From assembly GCF_001194135.2 (NCBI RefSeq), contig NC_068984.1, positions 30,427,069-30,475,667 of the forward strand: DNA of 48,599 bases, given 5' to 3'. This DNA is from Octopus bimaculoides. Taxonomy: Eukaryota. The notes under the pieces were generated by a model that saw only the letters and a list, made by a program, of their open reading frames with translations, was not told the DNA's origin and made no database searches. The position numbers and the translations under genes were made by a program. Shown piece by piece: positions 1-12,979 of the stretch. Every line of letters begins with the position of its first letter. Positions within the stretch are counted from its first letter, which is position 1.

Positions 1-684
1 ACCCCATTTCAAAATGTCATCCGATAATCACTCCGGAAAGGAATATTCGGATAGAATGGGGCTTGCTAAAACTAGGCCGAAACAGCTGTAAGTTTAAACT
101 TCTGTTCATCCTCTAATTCCTTATGTACTTTGTACTCCTATATGTAAACCATGTTGGCAAAATAACATAGTCTGCCATAGACATCTGTGCTTTAGTTCTT
201 TCTTTCTTTTTCTTTTCTTCCTTTTTTTGTCACTTTTGCTATGAATTAAATTAATGAATTCAACGGGATACACCGTCTGCAAGTAGTTGGGTTCAGCATA
301 TTATCCTCCATTTTCTAATTGTTACACAAATTTTGGGTAAAACCTCCACTTTTACCCGCTCCCATTGATTGCCGCTAGTATAGCACTAGTGTAGCAATAA
401 TTGGGTACCCTCCCAGCAGTATACTGGATAGATACTATCCCTTAGTGGGTTGAACCCCAACTCTCACGTTTTATATATATATATANNNNNNNNNNNNNNN
501 NNNNNNNNNNNNNNNNNNNNNNNNNNNNNNNNNNNNNNNNNNNNNNNNNNNNNNNNNNNNNNNNNNNNNNNNNNNNNNNNNNNNNNNNNNNNNNNNNNNN
601 NNNNNNNNNNNNNNNNNNNNNNNNNNNNNNNNNNNNNNNNNNNNNNNNNNNNNNNNNNNNNNNNNNNNNTGTATATATATATGT

Positions 685-746
<62 letters not shown>

Positions 747-1746
747 ATATATACACACACATACATATATACATACATATATATATATACATACATGCAC
801 ACACATACATGCATACATACATTATAGGTGCAATCCGTATGTGAAACAGTAAAAATATGCAGAACTTTTCTCAAGTTCTAAATGTGAATTTGTCTGTGTT
901 AACTACATCCAAAAGATATATATATATATATATATATATAACAAAACAGAAAAATGAAATTTTTAGGTATTATTTATTCTCCATTACATGTGTTTCATTT
1001 GCTAATAGGACTTACAAATGTTTACATGTTATATAAACATGTAAGGAATTTTCTATTAAAAATTCTTCAGAGAAAAAAAAATCTATATACATATATAATT
1101 TTTCTATTTTTTCTTTACATACGTATCTTTTTATATTTTAATCGTTGTGTTGTTTGGTAGAATTGTTAGAATGCCTTGATGTATTTACTTATGTCCCTTT
1201 GCATTCCAAGTTAAAATTTTTTGAATGGTTACCTTGCCACAAGAGTTGTCGAACTGAGTGCTGGATAAATACTTTAAGTGATATAATATTTGACATTCCT
1301 CCCTATGTTAAATTTTCAATGCTTATATCATTGCAATTGATTATTATTTTCTAAGATTGTTAAATATATAAATATTCCATACAATGACTGATCAGTCATA
1401 AATATTTCATGTCATAAAACATTTTATGAATATCATGTCTTATATATCATAAATCAAATACATCTATAGAAACATGTGGAAAACTCAGTGTAGTAACAAA
1501 GGCTAATTTATTTTAACTCTACAATATACAAATATGTATTTGACGATCTATACACATAAGTATACTCACAAATATTTGAGTGTATTTGTACTTATATATG
1601 TATGTTAATGTATTCCTACTGATAAACATAGGAACATACAGATACACATATTGCATTAATATTTGCAAGGTACATAAATGCATATGTCAATACATAATCC
1701 TATGCAAATGCATCCCTAAGCAAAGAGAAAGAACCAAAGCCTTACA

Positions 1747-1795
1747 CACACACACGTGTCCACACACACGTGTCCACACACACGTGTCCACACAC
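1747..1795. repeat. 14-bp repeat x3 inside a CA microsatellite
   Basis: CACACACACGTGTC with period 14. Confidence 0.9.
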
Positions 1796-3574
1796 ATATA
1801 TAGACTTTAATAGGCAATAATATGCACACACAGATACACATACACACACCTATACATATAGGCCTATAGAGTATGCAAAAAAATTATGGAATGATACTTC
1901 ATATGAAAAATAATAATATGAAAAGAAAAACAATTAATATACTCTATGGTAGCAATATATATTATTTACTGCCTCTAATTAGCATTCTGTGTGTATTTTA
2001 TAGGTTTAGCTAACAGCAAGCCAAATTTTTACATACACAATGGTACAGATGTGTGAACATTGAAAGTGGCTTGTTTTATTTTCAGGTGGTGAAGCAATAT
2101 GAGGCAGAAGTGAAGTAGGGAATTCAAATATGCCTTGTATTGATTCAAATTACATTTGAATGCAATTGAATTAGGTTTCTCTGGGAACATTTTTGTTGCC
2201 TCACCAGAGTAAATAACTAAAATTTACATTAAACTTTCATTGACAAATTGTATAATTCATATTTATACACAAATTCACACACATACAGAATTCATATTCA
2301 TTCAAATGCATACATGTGCATGCATATATATATATATATATATATACACATACACACATATATCTGATAGTGTGTGCGTTGTGTGTAAAATTCACATATA
2401 CATACACACATACATCCTATACTTTGTGTTATTTTCTCATTTTGTCTCTTGTGTTACTTTTCTATCTATCATTTGTAGGTTTCTATGTTACACACACATA
2501 CATGCACATATGAATGTATGTATATTTATGAGATGTATGTATGAATGCATGTATGCATGCACATATACATATGTGTATTTGTATGTGGGCTTGATAAATT
2601 TCTGTGTGAGAACATTTTTACTTATGTCAGCAATCAGTCATCTATTTAATCAATTTATCTATCATTTTGTCTACCCAATTATTGATTAATTAATGTAGTG
2701 AAATATACTGATTCTATGTGTTAATTATATCATCAGATTAATAAATTATAATTGATATTAATAAAGATGTGTTGAATACATAATATAAGCTAATATAATC
2801 ATAATTATAAGGAAAGTCAAGTATCCTTTGTTATACAAAATAGGGTAAAATGATAACAGATGTTGAGTCAACTCCATCAGTTTAACACCTTCCTAAATAT
2901 AAAAGGGATTTTTTTATCCTTTGATCTATATGTCATTTTTTATCAGTTAATCTTACATTTGTGAGTTTTCTAAGAGTAAATGGGAAATAAACTTGACAGA
3001 TATTCTATCCATTTTTTATTTATTTTTATTTTTTGTTCTTTTACAATGGCTGGGGTTTTATTAGAGTAGGAAGATTTTATGCATATTACCTATTTTGTCA
3101 GACCTCCGAGGTTGGTGGGTGGGAGGAATTTATCCTCAGACAAAACCTCTAACTTTAATTATTTTAACAGAGTTAACTCCGCAAATATCAAACAAGTTCC
3201 CTGGTATTATTGTTGTTGCGAAACTAAGTGATGGATTAAGTGCAAGAATAGACTTCAAAACAGACCTCCATCTACCAAATTTTCGGTCTCCTAATTTTCT
3301 TCTGTTTTTGATCAGCATGATGTTTTAATACAAAACACCTGACAATGGTGAAAGTATGCCCAAAATTACAGAGAGGGATTGAATTAAGAATTACAGTCAA
3401 GTTTTGTTAAGAAAAGTACTAACCTTTCATCTGTTTATACCGAGAACTGTTAAATAATATTTTCGTTTTTTAAAATTTTATTTATCACTAAGAAAAACAA
3501 AATGATAAAGAAATGCTCTTGACTACATAAGTTTAAAACAATTACCTTCTCCAAGAGAGAATCTATGCAGTCAT

Positions 3575-3755
3575 TTTACCTGGTAAATGTAACTGCTAAA
3601 ACTCTTTATACTCGACCTTGTTGTCTTTAATATAAATAATATGATAGATAATGTAATTCCTGATATGCAGAACGGAAGGAAGATCATGGTTGGAGTGGCT
3701 TTGATAATATGTCTGCTCAATAATGTTGATTCTGGGCTAAAGATATATAATAATA
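3575..3755 (-). repeat. Unclassified interspersed repeat family E
   Basis: Reverse complement TTTAGCCCAGAATCAACATTATTGAGCAGACATATTATCAAAG aligns with 4235-4290 and 10995-11090. Confidence 0.55.
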
Positions 3756-4224
3756 CTAACTCTTTCTTTAAACTCCTTAACCAAATTTGTTTCATAAACC
3801 CTCAATTGTTTGTGCATTGGTAGAATTGACTCATTCATAAGCAGATCAGTCGTTTCAGTTTCCTTGTTAATGTTTGTCTCTATTGTGCTATACCCAGTGA
3901 AAACAAGGTGAACTATTATAACCTACTTACTACCTCAGAAGCCAAAAATAAGACATCCAAATGATCATAAACGATCCAGTTATTTTCATGTTGCTTGATA
4001 TTTGCCAATAATGATTTAATCATGCCATAACTTTTCTAACAATAGACTAAATAACGAATAAGGTATGCTCAATAGCAAATAAGAAATAAGCTGGTCTATT
4101 TCTATTATGCAGAAAAACAGGTTATAAATTTGTCTTTGAACTGTAAACAGTCTATTCACTTGACAGATAATTATATTCTACTATCCTTAAGAGAACTTTG
4201 ATATCATTATAGATATATGGTATC

Positions 4225-4640
4225 TTTTGTTGTTGTTTAGCCCCAGGTCAGCATTTATTGAGCAGACTTATGATCAAATGTATTCTAGCTGTGACCATCC
4301 CATCGTTTATATTGTCAAACATAGTGTATTTAGGACTACATTATCACATTATCCTAAGAATATAAACATCTGGCACCACAAATGCTAAACATGTTTGTAT
4401 TAAAATCTACATTATAAATATATATGTACAATAACTGCACATCATCCCTGCACACATACATACATTAACATGATCGAGCAGAACTGTTATAATTAAAGGC
4501 ATTCCAACCATTAACTAGTCCATTTATTTCTTTTTCCCAGTTATTTATATCTCCCTTTTTCTAAGCTAGTAGGGCATAATTTGCAAGAGATATGGCTGCT
4601 ATTTCTGGTTGGTTAAGTGATAATGCAGGGACACTCATTT
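4225..4640 (+). repeat. Repeat family E, interrupted
   Basis: TTGTTTAGCCCCAGGTCAGC...GGACTACATTATC at the start; family tail GAGATATGGCTGCTATTTCTGG at about 4585-4620. Confidence 0.55.
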
Positions 4641-4899
4641 TGGCTTGAAGCATTCTTAGTCTTGAAAAGAGAGAACAAGTGGAATCAATTACCTTAATGT
4701 TACATGAAAAATATTCAGCATGATATGAAATATTATTCCATAGATATTTACATTTCTGCAGCCAAGATAACACTGTGTATATATGTATGTATGTATTCCA
4801 AATGTAACACACATTTTTATATAAATACACACATATACACATACACATACACACTCATGCATGCACACTCACATGCACACACACACAAAGCCTCATACA

Positions 4900-4995
4900 T
4901 AAGCATGGCTGTATAGATAGCAAGTTCCTATCACAATCATGATTTAAGGTTCAGTCCTACTGTATGATTTGTGAACAAGTGTCTTCTATTATAAC
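4900..4995 (+). mobile_element. SINE family A head fragment
   Basis: GCATGGCTGT...AGGTTCAGTCCTACTG...CAAGTGTCTTCTATTATA matches the family A head. Confidence 0.55.
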
Positions 4996-5914
4996 AATGT
5001 CTTTTGAATGATAGAAATTGTCAGAAGCCCATCATATGTCACCTGTACCAGTGTCTGCACATGTGTACGTGTCTATAAATATATATATGTATGTGTATGT
5101 ATGTTGTATGTATGTATATATGTACACATATATATATATACACATACACACATATATATATTAGTTGTGACACATCTGTTTACTCCTTTACTTGTGTGTG
5201 ACTGAAACCTATGCAATAACAAAATTCCTATATCAACCTAAAATAAATCTCTGTACCATAATTTTCCATTAATTCACACCTAACAAACACAAATTTTCAT
5301 GTTATTGATTGATAAAGAGTGAAACATTAATATACAAGGAGCCAATCACTCAACTATTTTTATCTTCCAATTAAAATTCTATCTTGTCAAATGAGTAAGT
5401 TTTTGTTTTTTTAATTGTAAATTACTGAGTTCTAGCATGGCACAAAACTGTGCATTTGGGACAGAGAAACAGTTAACTGAAAAGTCTCTAGGTTCGCAAT
5501 CCCTTATTTATGTAACAGACCATCCTTGAACCCTTGAGCATTACTTATTTTTGTGAGCCTGCGTAATTTACCCCACTTCTTAATACTTATTTTATGGATC
5601 TCAGGTCTTGCCCAGAACTTATTTCATATTGAACAATTTTCATTCATAGCTATTAGTTATTTTATCGACTCCATTTTTTCCATCAACACTAATTTTCTCA
5701 ACTCAAGTCCTTAACTAGTCTTATTTCATTGACTTATTTTATTGAGCCCAGTTTTTGATCAGTACAAATTTTATTGATTCTAGAATACTAAAAAGCAAAG
5801 TAATGAAAATGAAGGGCTAAAGAATACATTTAAAGACCACTAGGTGTTTGCTCTGATGATCTAGCAATTTGGCTGATCTACCAATTTTACCCTTTAGAAC
5901 AGCTAGAATATTAA

Positions 5915-6080
5915 ACAATATTGCTTGGACCAAAGTTAACTCTGGTCAAGTATATTTATGATAAAAGGTGTTAAGTCATTATCATCCTCCTTTTTGCACA
6001 TCAGAGACTGCATTGTCCAGTGTATTTCTATTTATTTATGACAAGAGAGTTATTTGTAAGTAACTTGGCCACTATTTCTA
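5915..6080 (+). repeat. Repeat family E, degenerate
   Basis: Same motif order (GATAAAAGG...GACTGCATTGTCCAGTGT...TTGGCCACTATTTCTA). Confidence 0.45.
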
Positions 6081-6123
6081 AAATATAGATTGAATATTTA
6101 GTCCCATTTGTTGGTTAAAAATA

Positions 6124-6320
6124 TTGGTTTCAAAGTCTGGCACAAGGCCAGCAATTTCTAGTGAGGGAGGAGTAAGTTGATCACATCAACCCCAGTACAC
6201 AGTTGGTACTTATTTTACTGACCCTGAAAGAGTGAAAGGCGAAGCTGGACTTGGCAGAATTTGAACTCAGAACATAAAGACAAATGAAATGCTGCTAATG
6301 ATTTTTCCAGCTTGCCACCT
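6124..6320 (-). mobile_element. tRNA-derived SINE family B
   Basis: Reverse complement contains GTTCTGAGTTCAAATTCTGCC (B-box-like), CCTTTCACTCTTTCAGGGTCAGTAAAATAAGTACCA and the tail CCTTGTGCCAGACTTTGAAACC. Homologous to 24418-24555 and 31345-31545. Confidence 0.85.
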
Positions 6321-9194
6321 TTAGAAATATTAAGCTTTGAGTTGGAAATTCATGATATTTAAGAAACCCACTTTAGTCAAAGAAAGTAAATGACTCAAAA
6401 GACTGAGAAATGACCATAAAAGTTTAATATTACCTGACCATATAATCCTGAGGGTAACAGACAAGTTATTTCTTAATTCAGAAATCAACAATATTAGATA
6501 AAAGAATAATAAAATAATCATTACTAATGTGACAATTCTTATTAATTTTGCTAGAATCCTATTGTCAAATTCTGGGATAGTTTAACATTCAACATTGTTG
6601 TTAAACTCACACAAGAACTAAGTTCTGTCATGATTATATCAATATATTATCATAAACTGTACTGTTTTTTTTTTCTTTACTTCATATTTTAATGATTTTC
6701 TTTTATTTCTTGAGATCACAATATTTAGATAATTCATCATTGTTATTGTGTTTTGAGTTTGCAAATATTTGTTTCCCTAAATTACATATTTCTGATATAT
6801 TGATGTTTCTATTTTAGTAATGTAACAAGTCTTCATTTTAAATATCACACCCTTCCATCTAGCTGCAACATCAGCTAGCCTCAAAACATTTATTGTTTGG
6901 CAGAATAGCGCATATGATTTCAGGGTAATTTAGAAATTAAACAGATGTCTTTTTAAATAGTTCAGCTATTAGAAACATGAGTGCTTGTTAACGTTTTAAA
7001 AAAATTTTATATAATCATCAGCTTATTGTATTTCTTGAATTATTGGCTGTCTTATCAGAATCTGTTTGAGAGAATATTTGGATGGTATCCAATTCTCAGG
7101 ATCATTTAATATTATCAGGAATCAAATGTAGTTTGATCAGCAGAATAGATATATTTCTCTTGAAAAACAGAATTTATTACTTTTGAAACCAGGATCAGTC
7201 CTACCATTGACATATTGGTAAATTTATCTATGATATAATTCATATAATTTCTCTGACGATCATGCCACTAGTAGGTGATTTGTGGCTGTAATTTCTTTTG
7301 CTAAAACAAAAATGTATTTCATGACCTGAAAACTTTATCTGTAAATGTATTTTAATTGTTAAAAGCAAATATCCTCCTCATCATCATCATCATTATTACC
7401 CCCATCTTCCACTACCTCCCCATCCTCATAATTGTTGTTGTCACCACCACCACCACCAATGCAATAGGAGTATCAGTAGCATCAGTAATGGCATTCTTAT
7501 TTTAGCATTGAATTTATGTGTTGAAAATCTAATATAATATGCCACCAGCCAGCCAGCCAGCCAGCCAAAATTTCTCTTCATTTATCACTAAGTCATGATA
7601 TCATATCTAACTTCACTATTTCTGTCCTCAATCGTTTGACTATCATCTATTTTAAGTATGATTTCCCTTTACTGTCCTTTTGTATGACTTATTCATACCA
7701 TTGAATTTGTCTCTCTTGCGCATGTCAGCTGAAGCTGTTAATGCCCAAACATTCACTCAACTCGCATGTGCCTCTCTTCATACAAATTAGCATAATACAC
7801 CCAAACAGATAATTTATTTCTAACATTACATATATTTTAAATTTAATGTTCTTGCTTCATTACTATGAAGTAAAATATATGATGGACTATTCAATCTAAC
7901 AGATAACACAAAAACACTCTTTCCAACAAGCTTCCCTATTTCATTTGCATAACACCGATCAACCCAACCCAAGTATATGAATGAAAGCAATTGTCTGAGA
8001 TACTGTCTAGTGAGAACAATACCTAAACCATGTCTTGTGTCATACAATTTTTAAGTTTGAAATCTCTACTGTAAAACTCGATAAGGTGAATTCAGCTTAC
8101 CTCTGCATTTATTATGTATCTTCATATAATGTAGTCCAGTATGCAGCAACAAAAAATAAAATAAAAACAAATATTCAAGTAATATAAACATATTTTTTGA
8201 GATGCTTATGAATCAAAATATCAAAATGAATAAAAGAAATTTTGTAGAAATTCATTATATAGTCATTCCTTTTATATTTTCCTATCTTTGTTTATATATA
8301 TTTAGAAAGCCAGTGATCCTTGTATTTATCCTGTCAGCAGTTTATTTATTTGAATCTACTCTACTTATAATTTCTCTTAAGTTTTAAATCATATTTCTAG
8401 TTCTCTGCACCTCTGCCATTTCTTTTATATTTGCTTAATTCTTATTTTCTCTCAATTTACTGTCCTTTCATCTCTCATTTTCTTGAAATTTGTTTAAATA
8501 CAACCTTTGTGCCTTTTGTTCATTTCTCCTTGATATGAAATGTTCAAGACATTACTTCTCTTTGCAGCTCTCTATTACATTCTAATCTATGCTTTTCCTT
8601 AAAGTTTACACTTTGCTTATTTCAAATATATTTTTAAAATATATATTTTTCAATTGTTGCTCTAAAGCAAGCTCTATAAGGGAGATTGTAGATCAAAATA
8701 AGTTTGTCCATGGCCTTCAAAACAGTGTTTGTAGGACAAGATTTTATGGGTACTTACTTATTTAGGAAGGATTTAAGGAAAATCAGATGTTATTTTTAGC
8801 CGGTTAAATGGCTATAAAGAGGTTGCTATTGAGGCAGTAACATGGACAGTAAGATGAAGCTACGGCATTGTTATTTTCCTTTAAAAAAAATTAATTGTAT
8901 AATGGCAAACTATGGTGACCATTGGACAAAATATGTTCAGGTATTTGGTTTAGTTTCTGAGTTAAAATCTCACTTAAGTCTGCTTTACATTTCATCTTTC
9001 CCAGATTGATAGACTAAGGAGTATCAATAAATTAAATAAGTACAATTGTTGATGAAATTACATATGCCTCTAAGGCAGTGCTCATTCTTGACCAAAGTCC
9101 AATGATTGAAATTAAAAGAGTAAAATGAATGAATAAGTTTGGATGGTGACACATTCAGTAATAAAACAAAAAAGTTACAGAAAGATCTGCAGTG

Positions 9195-9356
9195 GGCGTA
9201 GGAGTGGCTGTGTGATAAGTAGCTTGCTTACCAACCACATGGTTTCAGGTTCAGTCCCACTGCATGGCACCTTGGGCAAGTGTCTTCTGCTATAGCCTTG
9301 GGTCGACCAAAGCCATGTTAATGGATTTGGTAGAAGGAAACTGAAAGGAGCCTGTC

Positions 9357-9394
<38 letters not shown>

Positions 9395-9553
9395 TTGTCC
9401 CCCATCATCGCTTAACAACTGATGTTGGTGTGTTTACATTCCTGTAACTTAGTAGTTCAGCAAAAGAGAATAAGTACTAGGCTTACAATGAATAAGTTCT
9501 GGGGTCGAATTGTTTGACTAAAGGTAGTGCTCCAGCATGGCCACAGTCAAAAT
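9195..9553 (+). mobile_element. tRNA-derived SINE family A, full length with central microsatellite
   Basis: A-box-like TGGCTGTGTGA, B-box-like GGTTCAGTCCC, CCTTGGGCAAGTGTCTT core, central (TA/TG)n, conserved tail. Aligns end to end with 23825-24225. Confidence 0.9.
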
Positions 9554-10984
9554 GTATAAGACACAAAACAATGCATGTTTAGGACGGCAAAAAAAACAGA
9601 TTGACACTTATCTACATTACCATCATATTCCACATCACATGTAAGATTTCCTCACTAAATTAGTCAAATAACACCAAACATAAACCTTTGTAATTCACAA
9701 ACAAAAATGAGACTACACATAATAGCATATGTAAATGCACTTTATGCATCCAACCATCGCATACCTATATATGTTCTACCAGGACATGACCTCTAGAAAC
9801 CGCTGTTGAAAGTGAACCTCTTCAAACTGTATTATATACCTTATATACCATTAATATTTTTAAAAAACATACCAAACTCTATTGATGTTATAATCAAAAC
9901 TCTTAACCGCTCTTAATTTCAGTAAAAAAAAAAAAATAAAAATAAAAAAAAAATTCAGTCCTCTTTTTCTCACTTCTTTCCATACATATCCCACATGGGT
10001 TTTATTTGCATGTATTTTTATGTATATTTATATTTTACCCGAGTAAAGTGCTTATAATAGCTGGAAAATTGATATTTATATTTTATAAATATTTTTTTTT
10101 AAATAATCATATGTTTAGATATGTATTAATATATTTATATGCATTTTAAGTCGAATTTATAAATGCACGAGTATGATTGCTTAATTTGAATTTATATCTT
10201 AATTCTTATATATATTATATCATTTAAACCATTTTCTTATCACTTCCCTAGCTGGTATCATGTGAATTTTGTTTCCTATCAAAACTTCTTTTGCCAAATC
10301 TAGTGAAACCTATTCTTGCTTTCTGAATAACTGAGATACATTGCCAGTTCTATGCATGAAACATTTTCCCTTACACAAGATGGGATGCTGAATTAACTGT
10401 CTTCTCACACAGAATACAAACCTGATTACTTTAAATTTGGGGTTAACATCTACATTACTTAATGTTGGTAATTCCCTGTATTTTACTATTTGTATTGATT
10501 ATTTTAGTACCATTTTATTTCATTGTATTAGCTCCTTTATTGTAATCCCATTTGCAATCATTTTTTGGCATCAGTTCTTTTACAATCAACATATTGTATT
10601 TCGTTTTAAGTTTTTATCAGTTACATAATTGCCATGTTTTATTTGCTTCTTACAGATTCATGCATTGATAGATATTTAAGTAAGTAATTTGAACCATCTA
10701 TATAAAGCTTTTGTGGAATTACTGTCCACTTTTCCTTTCCCAAAATGTTTGCTTAGAAGTGTCCTTTGAACCTTGCTTAGTATAATTTCGAGCATTAAAA
10801 AAAAAAAAGAAACGAATAAGAGTAGCTCAGCTAGTTCAAAAGATATATATCATAATGTATTAAGTAACTAGAAAATCTATTTTCAAATATTTCAAGATAT
10901 TATCTGAGGCCATTCCTTAGATGAATTTGACTTTTATCATTACTAATGTAGCTAAACATTTATAATGTAGTAGATATTGTTGTG

Positions 10985-11175
10985 TTGCTTCATGTCATCT
11001 TTGATCAAGCTGACCTAGGGTCAAAAGCATTCCAGCTCTGATTCTTACATCTTTATTTTCAAGAAGAAATTATTTAGGATTACATTATCCAATGTGTCCT
11101 TTTATTTTTAAGATGGTGACGTGCAATTTGAGGGATATTTGATTGCTGCTTCTAGTAGGGTAGATGATCATGCAG
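10985..11175 (+). repeat. Repeat family E
   Basis: GGTCAAAAGCATTCCAGCT...GGATTACATTATCCAATGTGTCC...TTTGAGGGATATTTGATTGCTGCTTCTAG. Confidence 0.6.
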
Positions 11176-11461
11176 AGGTTTCAGTTTGTTTAATAGTGCT
11201 ATACTATTTACACTTGGAGGAAGAAATATCATATTCTAACGTGTATAAGGAACCCTTTTTTGTCAGAAATTAGGTTAAAAAATATGGGAGTTTCTTAGAC
11301 ATGGATAGCATTATAATCCCTTGCAAAACCTTTTTTTCCATATTGTAAGCCTCCAAAATTAGGGGGTTCCTTATACACGTTAAAATACAGCAATTGGTAA
11401 TGCAAACTTATCAACCACGAAAAAAAAAAAAAAAATAAATAAAAGTATTCTTTTGAGAATC

Positions 11462-11610
11462 GATTGGCAGAATTGATGCAGTTTTTTATGTATATTCTAT
11501 TCTGAGTTCAAATCCTGCCCAGTTCAAATCCTTTCAACTTTCTCTTTCCTTTGTCCTCGGTTGATATAAATGCGACCTGATAAAGTGTCAAGTTCAGTAC
11601 AATTGACTGA
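11462..11610 (+). mobile_element. SINE family B, degenerate
   Basis: GGCAGAATTG...TTCTGAGTTCAAATCCTGCC...GGTTGATATAAAT. Confidence 0.55.
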
Positions 11611-12948
11611 AGCTATGAAATGGGTGCCACAGCAAGGCCACAGACTAATGAATGAATACGGTAAAAATTACAAGGCAGCATGAGTTTAGATATTCTAAAT
11701 TTCTTGCTTTGAGTTGCTTGGACATTAGTGTATTGAAGGAAATCTACATTGTATTAATATTGAAAATAAGGAAGCAGAGAACTTGCAATAGATTTTTGTT
11801 AAGTAATGAAGGTATAATGTAATTTTGAGACTGATTTCATATTCTATTAACTTAATTTTAGAAATATATTGACAAATGTGCTTTTAAATATTACTGTAGT
11901 TTGTAAAATAACTATAAAGCTTTTGATTGGTAACTTCATAGATATCAAATATCTGAATGAATATTAACCATGGTAATCTCACATGTTTCAGTGGGCCAGT
12001 AAATGTGAAGGGAAAATCCCCTTTATATAGAACAAATTAATTAAAACCACAAACATAAAGTCAAGTAAAGAGAGTTATTTTTTGCTATAATCTAAACATT
12101 AGCTTAAAGGTATATTGATATCTATTTTATAAGTGATTAGTATTGGCATGGAATTCAGAGAACAGGATGATTCTTAATGAGATAGCCAAGAGACAAGAAA
12201 CAATATAAATATAAGTGAATTTCCCTGTTAGAATAAAATGTGAGCATTATTGTATTATTTTCTTCATTGAGCATTGACATACTTTAATCTAATGGAGTAA
12301 AAAAATCCGAAAAATAGAAGTAACCATGGGGAGAGGAATACACTAACTCAATGATCGATGTTATTCAAAACTAATTAATAAGGAATGATGGCCTTGAAAT
12401 TTTAATCATCCAACTTGACAGCATATAAACTATATGATATTATAAGCCACTTCTCAATTTCAGGGGAACATTTCTCGAATGACCACTTAATAGTAACTCC
12501 AACAAAAATTTCCATTTATATATATATATATATATATATATATNNNNNNNNNNNNNNNNNNNNNNNNNNNNNNNNNNNNNNNNNNNNNNNNNNNNNNNNN
12601 NNNNNNNNNNNNNNNNNNNNNNNNNNNNNNNNNNNNNNNNNNNNNNNNNNNNNNNNNNNNNNNNNNNNNNNNNNNNNNNNNNNNNNNNNNNNNNNNNNNN
12701 NNNNNNNNNNNNNNNNNNNNNNNNNNNNNNNNNNNNNNNNNNNNNNNNNNNNNNNNNNNNNNNNNNNNNNNNNNNNNNNNNNNNNNNNNNNNNNNNNNNN
12801 NNNNNNNNNNNNNNNNNNNNNNNNNNNNNNNNNNNNNNNNNNNNNNNNNNNNNNNNNNNNNNNNNNNNNNNNNNNNNNNNNNNNNNNNNNNNNNNNNNNN
12901 NNNNNNNNNNNNNNNNNNNNNNNNNNNNNNNNNNNNNNNNNNNNNNNN

Positions 12949-12979
<31 letters not shown>

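Noticed and set aside
442-874. Long YI/HT/CV-rich ORFs here and at 12.4-13.1, 19.2-19.7, 22.2-23.3, 25.0-26.6 and 42.9-43.1 kb
   Set aside because: They are translations of dinucleotide microsatellites and N gaps, not genes.
2093-2120. Possible terminal exon VVKQYEAEVK* after a TTTTCAG acceptor
   Set aside because: Only 10 codons, with no upstream exon identified in the window.
3571-3795. Minus-strand ORF with a transmembrane-like helix
   Set aside because: It overlaps a copy of interspersed repeat family E.
3095-3900. Minus-strand exon candidates (TIETNINKE...KEFKER; CFVLKHHADQ...)
   Set aside because: Joining them needs micro-exons and a roughly 50-bp intron with weak donors; not distinguishable from chance.
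4561-4700. Exon-like segment after a strong acceptor (LQAKMSVPALS...)
   Set aside because: It runs into the family E tail and ends in a stop, with no donor.
6700-8160. Protein-like minus-strand peptides (NDPENWIPSK...; YDTRHGLGIV...)
   Set aside because: Frequent stops in all frames, no consistent splice phases and no recognised family.
8795-9050. Plus-strand mini-exon chain (RLNGYKEVAIEAVTWT / ANYGDHWTKYVQ / IDRLRSINK)
   Set aside because: The middle exon lacks an AG acceptor, introns would be only 50-65 bp, and no homology is recognised.
9195-9270. tRNA genes
   Set aside because: A/B-box-like motifs belong to SINE heads and no cloverleaf can be built.
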